DNA of 42,058 nt. Source: Bdellovibrionales bacterium (GTDB taxonomy: Bacteria > Bdellovibrionota > Bdellovibrionia > Bdellovibrionales > JAMPXM01). Shown piece by piece: positions 36,339 through 42,058 of this stretch (positions are counted from its first letter, which is position 1; every line of letters begins with the position of its first letter). The position numbers were made by a program, and so were the translations under genes. The stretch spans positions 1 through 42,058 of the forward strand of contig JAYUEN010000252.1 of the NCBI GenBank assembly GCA_043739185.1. Direction: 5' to 3'. Below the pieces are notes generated by a model. It had not been told where the DNA came from and did not search any database. It saw only the letters and a list, made by a program, of their open reading frames with translations.

Positions 36339-36863
36339 ATGAGAATTTTAGTAATTTTGGCATTTGCCTGCCTGACCCGCATCGGCCTTGCCGAGCCCAT
36401 ATTTGAAGTCAATCCCATCATTGAATCTCAGGCCGCGGTTTTGTACGCCTGGACTCATTTTGATGAGCTACTATCTGCCTGTGATGGCGATCTTTGCCAC
36501 TTTAGCGCCCTCGAAAAGCAGTGGTTGGTAACTCTTAGAGAGTTAAGTAAGTCATTTCCTGAGATCATTTTTAGAACTAAAAATGATCTCGGGGAGCGAA
36601 GGTTTTTAAGATTGCCAATTGAAAACCAAGTCTGGATCAATTTAGATCTGCTTTGTCAGGATAAAGAAAACAAAGTTGCGCTTACTATTGCCGATGCGGT
36701 TTCTCTTTGGATGGATATTTTACTTGAGGCTAAAGATATTCCGAAACCAATTCTAGCTTTGATGGAATTCGAATTAGAAGCCAAATTGAATAATACACCC
36801 ATTCAACAAGCCCCAATCGCTTCGAGTTACGCGGCGCGCAAGACCTCTTGCTGTAGGCTTTGA
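36339..36863 (+). CDS. Secreted hypothetical protein
   Basis: Signal-like MRILVILAFACLTRIGLA. No family recognised. Confidence 0.6.
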   Translation: MRILVILAFACLTRIGLAEPIFEVNPIIESQAAVLYAWTHFDELLSACDGDLCHFSALEKQWLVTLRELSKSFPEIIFRTKNDLGERRFLRLPIENQVWINLDLLCQDKENKVALTIADAVSLWMDILLEAKDIPKPILALMEFELEAKLNNTPIQQAPIASSYAARKTSCCRL

Positions 36864-36866
36864 GAA

Positions 36867-37247
36867 CTAATGCTGACTTAGAAAAATAAAAATTACTGGC
36901 AGTAGTATACCCAGCGCCAAACAAGACCAAATTAAAAGTTTTGATTTTGCGAACCGAAAGGCCAAGATCAGGCCAATGAGCGTGGTTAAAATGAGTCCAA
37001 TGGCCATAGCCAAGGCAATCCAATCAAAGCTGATAGCATGGCTGAATTTTGGATCCGCCCAAGGTCGCGTAGAGTCTTTGTGTGGTTTTGAAAATTCATT
37101 TAATAAAAATTGTATGCGGCTTGGTTCTTTCTCATCCGGAAGATCATTCAATCTAAAAATCTGCCAAGCTCCTGAGAGTGAAAAGTAAATAATTAAAGGG
37201 GCAAAAAAGCATCCCAAGAGCAAATGTAGTTGTCGAAGATTTTTCAT
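36867..37247 (-). CDS. PepSY-associated TM-helix-like small membrane protein
   Basis: LRQLHLLLGCFFAPLIIYFSLSG; three TM segments. Confidence 0.75.
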   Translation of the reverse strand: MKNLRQLHLLLGCFFAPLIIYFSLSGAWQIFRLNDLPDEKEPSRIQFLLNEFSKPHKDSTRPWADPKFSHAISFDWIALAMAIGLILTTLIGLILAFRFAKSKLLIWSCLALGILLPVIFIFLSQH

Positions 37248-37451
37248 GAAATAAAGGTCCCTTTTTTTATTCCCCTACTAAAGACTGGCGAACAGTCCTC
37301 AGTCTTGAGAATTTTTTTTGCTGAAAAAATTAATTCGCGCGGAAATGCCTTTTATGTTTAGTTGATGCCTTCACTTTTAGGTACAACTGATTTAAAATCA
37401 AGAATAGAGAAACATCCTGAGTTTGGCAAATTTCATTTCTAAGAGGTTTTT

Positions 37452-37865
37452 GTGAACGTTAAAGAAAATGAAATCAAAAATCTTTTAACTCAATATAAAA
37501 AGTTTTCAGTTTATGGATTGAGTCCGGAAATTCAAAAGCCAAGTCATTATGTGCCCCTCTATATGAGAAATCACGGCTGGGAAATGGTCGGAACTTATCC
37601 TGAAAGTCATAGTGCTTCAGAGTTTAAAATCTATGAGAGCTTGAGCGAAGTTCCTGCAGATTATCGAAAATTTGTTGATGTCTTTCGCGGCTCGAATGTT
37701 ATTCCGCGAATCGTCGATGAAATTTTAGCGGTAGGTGGGGTAGAGGTTTTATGGCTTCAGCTCGGAATTTCACATCCAGAGGCTGAATTGAGGGCTGAAA
37801 AGGCCGGAATAAAAGTGGTTTCAGATCGCTGTCTAATTATCGAGCATCAAAAATACTTTAACTAA
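37452..37865 (+). CDS. CoA-binding protein (YccU-like)
   Basis: VYGLS..KPSHYV, VDVFR, LWLQLGI, GIKVVSDRC. Confidence 0.9.
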   Translation: MNVKENEIKNLLTQYKKFSVYGLSPEIQKPSHYVPLYMRNHGWEMVGTYPESHSASEFKIYESLSEVPADYRKFVDVFRGSNVIPRIVDEILAVGGVEVLWLQLGISHPEAELRAEKAGIKVVSDRCLIIEHQKYFN

Positions 37866-37916
37866 ATTAGATATTTTAATTGTTTCAGAAAAAATAGAAA
37901 GAGTTGTGAGTCAATT

Positions 37917-39245
37917 ATGAAAATAAAAGTTTTAAAAATAGGGATTTCGTTTTTGGTAATGGGCGCTCTCTCAACGGGTTGTTCAAGTGTTCAAACGGAC
38001 GAAAAGCCGCTTGCAAAACCAGATTCAAAACCCGAAGCATCGATTTTTTCAGTGAAACGAAATGTAGCTGGCGAGGCTTCTTTAGTGACCCAGGCTTGGG
38101 TACAGTTTTCTGCCGAAGGCGGCTTGTTAGTTAAAGCTTTAACTGTTGCTGGCGCCTGTCCGGTTTTGAATATTGACGGAGATTTAGCCAATATGAAGGT
38201 GCGAGGCGCGGCCTCAGAAGATTTCGGGATCAATGTCTGTGAATTGAAAGTTTCTGAAAAGGTGCAAAAACTTTCAATAGGCGAATTGGTACTACCGGTA
38301 TTGCCTGAAAAAATTGAGAAAATTTTGGTGCTTGGTGATACGGGCTGCCGCATAGATAAAAAGTTAGACAAGCACAATGATAGAAAGAAAGAGAAGTACA
38401 AGTACAAGATTCAGGATTGTAATAATCCAAAAGCGTGGCCTTTTGCTCAACTAGCTAAGTCGGCAGCAAATTGGCAGCCCGATGTGGTGATACATGTCGG
38501 AGATTATCATTATCGAGAAGTAGCATGCCCAGCAAATGAACCGAAGTGTGATGGAGCATCTTGGGGAGACAATTGGCCTTCATGGCAAGAAGACTTTTTC
38601 TTACCAGCGCAACCCCTGCTCCGCAAAGCTCCATGGATCTTTGTGCGAGGCAATCACGAACTCTGTTCACGTGCCGGTAAGGGCTGGTTCAAATTTTTAG
38701 ATCCACGTACCTATTCAGAAAACTGTGTAGATAAAACCGATGCATATTGGGCTAAAATTGGTCAGCACTATGTCGCCGTAATTGACTCTGCAGATGATAA
38801 AAATATTCAACCAAGTCTCGATGCTATACAGGCACCAGCTGACAGGCTCATCTGGCTTGCTCTTCATCGACCCTTTTTGACCAGTGGAGCCGACGACGAA
38901 ACCACTTCAGGAGGCGCATTTTTAAAAGAAAATTTGCAGAACAGAATATCAGCGGTATTTACCGGACATCAGCATCACATGAGTTTCAATCAATTTTCAG
39001 ACACTCGTCCTCCTGAGCTAATTAGTGGAAATGGCGGCACTCAACTTGAGAAGCCACCAGCTGAAATCAATGCTAAAGATGTTTATCGCAATTACTCCGA
39101 CTTTGGCTTTTTAACCCTTGAGAGAAAACACGCGCACACATGGCATCTCGTTGAACACGATGTCAATGGTCAAGATATTATGCACTGTGAACTCGCCGAA
39201 GTGCTTGGCTCTAAGGCCCTTGTTACTTGTGATATTGCGCCCTAA
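37917..39245 (+). CDS. Calcineurin-like metallophosphoesterase lipoprotein
   Basis: Lipobox LSTGC; GDTG, HVGDY, RGNHE, HRP, GHQH. Confidence 0.9.
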   Translation: MKIKVLKIGISFLVMGALSTGCSSVQTDEKPLAKPDSKPEASIFSVKRNVAGEASLVTQAWVQFSAEGGLLVKALTVAGACPVLNIDGDLANMKVRGAASEDFGINVCELKVSEKVQKLSIGELVLPVLPEKIEKILVLGDTGCRIDKKLDKHNDRKKEKYKYKIQDCNNPKAWPFAQLAKSAANWQPDVVIHVGDYHYREVACPANEPKCDGASWGDNWPSWQEDFFLPAQPLLRKAPWIFVRGNHELCSRAGKGWFKFLDPRTYSENCVDKTDAYWAKIGQHYVAVIDSADDKNIQPSLDAIQAPADRLIWLALHRPFLTSGADDETTSGGAFLKENLQNRISAVFTGHQHHMSFNQFSDTRPPELISGNGGTQLEKPPAEINAKDVYRNYSDFGFLTLERKHAHTWHLVEHDVNGQDIMHCELAEVLGSKALVTCDIAP

Positions 39246-39391
39246 GAGCGTGTTTAGGATTTGACGTCTGACAAGGTCTTAAGCACTCCGCATAAGCTAA
39301 CTAGTTCATTTCAATAGATAGACGGCGGCCTTTGGCTTGCAGCCTAATCATTTGGGGATGTTAAAGCAAAGATTTGAAGGTGAGGGGTCTC

Positions 39392-40168
39392 ATGCAGATA
39401 ATTAATGACTCAATTCGAGACGTTGTTCAAGAGGGTGAAGCTAAAGCTTTCTCTTGTCCTAAATGCAATAGTAAGACGGCTTTTGGACAGGTTTGTATTT
39501 GCGGTTATGGTACCCAAGATTCTTTGGTTACTTTAGTTGAGAAAAACAATCGTACTATCTATAGTGCTTACGTCGTATTTTCTTTAATTTTAATATTATC
39601 CTATATGCATATTTTAAATTGGGGACCTTTCGCACTTGAAGTTCCGGCGCTTAAAGCTCAACACTATTTAGGAGTATTAAATTCGAAAGGATATTCGAAG
39701 TTGGCACAAGCTTGCGTCGCCAGAGGCAAAGAACAATGCGCAAAACAGGCTTATATCGATATGTTCAATCGAACCAAAGATGTTGAGGCGCTGGCACTAC
39801 TTGCGCAAATTGAAACTCGAACTCATGAACCTGAAGTAGCAGCCAAGACCTATGAGGCCTACTATAAAAAGGGTGGGAAGAATCCAAGAGTGGCCTTGCA
39901 GTATGCATTGTTACTTGAGCAGTTACATAAATATGATGCCTCCATTCACTATTTTAGATTATCGATTCAACAAAATCCAGATACGCTAGCGGTCTTTGCG
40001 ACCGGAGAATTGCTTCGTATTTTAATGGCCCAACAAAAATACACGAAAGCACAATCCTTGATCGAATCATTCTGGGCGAGTGCTGAAAATGCCAAGGGCT
40101 ATTTTAATACCGAAGCAGCTCAATTGAAAAAATACGTTCGGCCAGTCAAATCTAGAAAAATCGCTTAA
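39392..40168 (+). CDS. Zn-ribbon / TM / TPR-like protein
   Basis: CPKC..CICG, one TM segment, TPR-like helices. GAGG RBS. Confidence 0.75.
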   Translation: MQIINDSIRDVVQEGEAKAFSCPKCNSKTAFGQVCICGYGTQDSLVTLVEKNNRTIYSAYVVFSLILILSYMHILNWGPFALEVPALKAQHYLGVLNSKGYSKLAQACVARGKEQCAKQAYIDMFNRTKDVEALALLAQIETRTHEPEVAAKTYEAYYKKGGKNPRVALQYALLLEQLHKYDASIHYFRLSIQQNPDTLAVFATGELLRILMAQQKYTKAQSLIESFWASAENAKGYFNTEAAQLKKYVRPVKSRKIA

Positions 40169-40179
40169 AGCAGGTCAAT

Positions 40180-40746
40180 ATGGGATGGATGCTTTTGATA
40201 GCGCTTCAAACCTCCTTCGCTTTGGCGCAGCAGCCAGTCCAGCACAATCACCAGCCTCATGTAACTGCAACCAGCCAAGGAACTTATTACGATTATCCGG
40301 CGATCATGCTGGCATTAACCGGACCCTACGATGATTCGAAGAAAAATCAACTGAGCCAACTCGGCTTGAAAAACTCAAGTCTCATTAAGAATCGAGAAGG
40401 AGCTACCATTGCTGAGAAATACTCAAACATAAATGGGAGCGTTTCGATTCTAGTTTCACGAAATGCGGCCTCGGGAATGGTGACCTCGATTGAAAGAACG
40501 ACTCGAACACAAAGAGGGTCCGTGACAGTGCTTTGGAATCTTACCCAAAACAATGTCGCTCACAGTGTTCGTGTCGGAGAGAATTTAACCACCGTTGAAG
40601 TTTCGCTTTTCAAGTGCAATCCGAGTTTTGTGGACAGAGTTCAGAATCGAAATATTTTAAAACAAGATTGTCCCTTTATTGTTCAAAACAACTTGAATAA
40701 TTCTGCGCCCGATCGCCTGCCGGCTTCTGAATCGACATCACATTGA
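40180..40746 (+). CDS. Secreted hypothetical protein
   Basis: Signal peptide ending ALA. AGGT RBS. Confidence 0.65.
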   Translation: MGWMLLIALQTSFALAQQPVQHNHQPHVTATSQGTYYDYPAIMLALTGPYDDSKKNQLSQLGLKNSSLIKNREGATIAEKYSNINGSVSILVSRNAASGMVTSIERTTRTQRGSVTVLWNLTQNNVAHSVRVGENLTTVEVSLFKCNPSFVDRVQNRNILKQDCPFIVQNNLNNSAPDRLPASESTSH

Positions 40747-40845
40747 ATATTAAATTGGCCTTTTGAAACTGGACTATTCTTTCAACCTGAGCTTTGTCAG
40801 GATAAGAGTTGTACCATTTGCATCTTGTTCTTTTGAGGGTCTAGA

Positions 40846-41343
40846 ATGTCTGAATTTAAAGTAAAAATGTCTACGAATGATTCTATTTTAACACTGCTCC
40901 TATCTGGGACCATTGACGAAAGATCAGACTTTCCAAAGATAGATGCCTCAGCAGTTAAAGAGATTTCATTTGATTTGAAAAATCTTGAGTATATCAATTC
41001 AATTGGAATTCGAGATTGGGTGAATTGGATCGAGCCACTCTCAAAAAAGTGCAAAATTACCATGAGAAACTGCCCTAAGAGGTTGGTGCAACAATTTAAT
41101 ATGGTGACTGGGTTTTTACCAAAGAATGCAGAGATCACTTCTTTTTACGTTCCGTATTTTTGTGAAAAATGCAATTTTGAAGATAGCTTTTTGTTTAATG
41201 TAGGAAAAGAAGTTAAAATCGAAGCCGGCAAAATTAAACTTAGTATTGATCTCAAAAAATTCAAAGACTGCAAAGATTCCGGCTGTGGCATTGAAATGGA
41301 CGGCTTAGAAAGCAAATACTTTCAATTTTTAGTTCGCAGTTAA
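40846..41343 (+). CDS. STAS-like domain protein with C-terminal Zn ribbon
   Basis: LSGTIDE, FDLKNLEYINSIGIRDW (STAS Ser), FYVPYFCEKC..CKDSGC. Confidence 0.8.
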   Translation: MSEFKVKMSTNDSILTLLLSGTIDERSDFPKIDASAVKEISFDLKNLEYINSIGIRDWVNWIEPLSKKCKITMRNCPKRLVQQFNMVTGFLPKNAEITSFYVPYFCEKCNFEDSFLFNVGKEVKIEAGKIKLSIDLKKFKDCKDSGCGIEMDGLESKYFQFLVRS

Positions 41344-41530
41344 TTTTCTCAATCTGAAATGCTTTGCTAAATGCATTTGCCTCGTAATGAGAAATCTAAA
41401 GTTTGTGAATTGCTGTGTCTTTTTACAATTTCAAAAAGTTAGACATCCCATCACTTTCGATCTGACAAAATTCATAGTTAAACTCGAGAAAACATTGAGT
41501 AAAATGGGCGAAACATTATGAGACATTCGC

Positions 41531-41546
41531 TGGCGCTCGCTTTGCA
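41531..41546 (+). promoter_or_regulatory. Putative sigma54 promoter
   Basis: TGGCGCTCGCTTTGCA (GG-N10-GC), about 46 bp upstream of ATG 41593. Confidence 0.55.
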
Positions 41547-41592
41547 AACTAGTATAGGTAGCGACTGGGCATTTAAAATGAGGAACGTCTCA

Positions 41593-42058
41593 ATGAACAC
41601 TTACAAAATTATTCTTTCACTCTTTGGATTTTTATTTACAGCTTGCAGTAGCAACTTTGGTGTTGTGACTCCATCTGGTGTCAGTCAATCTTCAAATGCG
41701 CAAAGCTTGGCATTCAGTCAAATCGTAATTAGTTCGGCTCAACCAACTAATATTCCCGATAGCGGAAATACCCAACTCAATCTTTTTGGCAGTGGTTTCG
41801 TCGCAGGAATGTCGGTCGCTGTTGGTGGGTCTCCTTGTAACTCGGTTAGAATTATTAGCGCAAATCAGTTGAGCTGTATGACTTCTGCGTCTTCGCCAGG
41901 CCCTAAAAACATAGTAATTAATTTCGGACAAAATAGCTTGACTGCAAACTTGCCTCAGCCAATCACGGTCATAAATTCACCAACACCAACACCAACACCA
42001 ACACCAACACCAACACCAACACCAACACCAACACCAACACCAACACCAACACCAACAC
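41593..42058 (+). CDS. Lipoprotein with IPT/TIG domain and (Pro-Thr)n linker, truncated by the window end
   Basis: Absent from the ORF track because it has no stop. Hand translation: MNTYKIILSLFGFLFTAC (lipobox) ...AQPTNIPDSGNTQLNLFGSGFVAGMSVAVGGSPC..SANQLSCMT..SPTPTPT. GAGGA RBS. Confidence 0.85.
   Translation, partial: MNTYKIILSLFGFLFTACSSNFGVVTPSGVSQSSNAQSLAFSQIVISSAQPTNIPDSGNTQLNLFGSGFVAGMSVAVGGSPCNSVRIISANQLSCMTSASSPGPKNIVINFGQNSLTANLPQPITVINSPTPTPTPTPTPTPTPTPTPTPTPTPT
41978..42058 (+). repeat. Perfect hexanucleotide microsatellite (CACCAA)n
   Basis: 13.5 identical units running to the end of the sequence. Confidence 0.97.

Noticed and set aside
1..42058. CRISPR array, prophage, defence system, reverse transcriptase
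   Set aside because: No regularly spaced repeats and no ORF with the corresponding motifs seen.

Overview
Ordinary chromosomal segment, most likely from a Bdellovibrionota-like predatory bacterium. That assignment is inferred from the style of the RpoD/RpsU sequences, the many Cys-containing secreted hypothetical proteins and a STAS/Zn-ribbon protein; it was not checked against a database. The housekeeping core is rpsU-yqeY-dnaG-rpoD-tRNA(CAT) on the minus strand with a divergent tadA. It is flanked by two tandem paralogous outer-membrane beta-barrel-like genes and followed by a lipid/phosphoester cluster (LTA-synthase family, phospholipase C family, phospholipase D family). Further along are tapT/yaiI/SDR, an SPFH operon, an ABC-F ATPase, an M13 peptidase, a TolC-EmrAB pump, a polysaccharide deacetylase, a metallophosphoesterase and a truncated IPT/TIG lipoprotein ending in a perfect (CCAACA)n tract. 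I found no CRISPR array, integrase, transposase or phage gene. The most unusual signal is a cryptic intergenic element of about 100-120 bp, present twice in inverted orientation (24761-24878 and 34480-34577). Its copies differ mostly by synonymous changes, yet the frame is broken at the same junction in both, and both can fold into long rods. Also notable are sigma54- and sigma28-like promoter motifs, several apparently leaderless genes, and a secreted permuted papain-like enzyme candidate.
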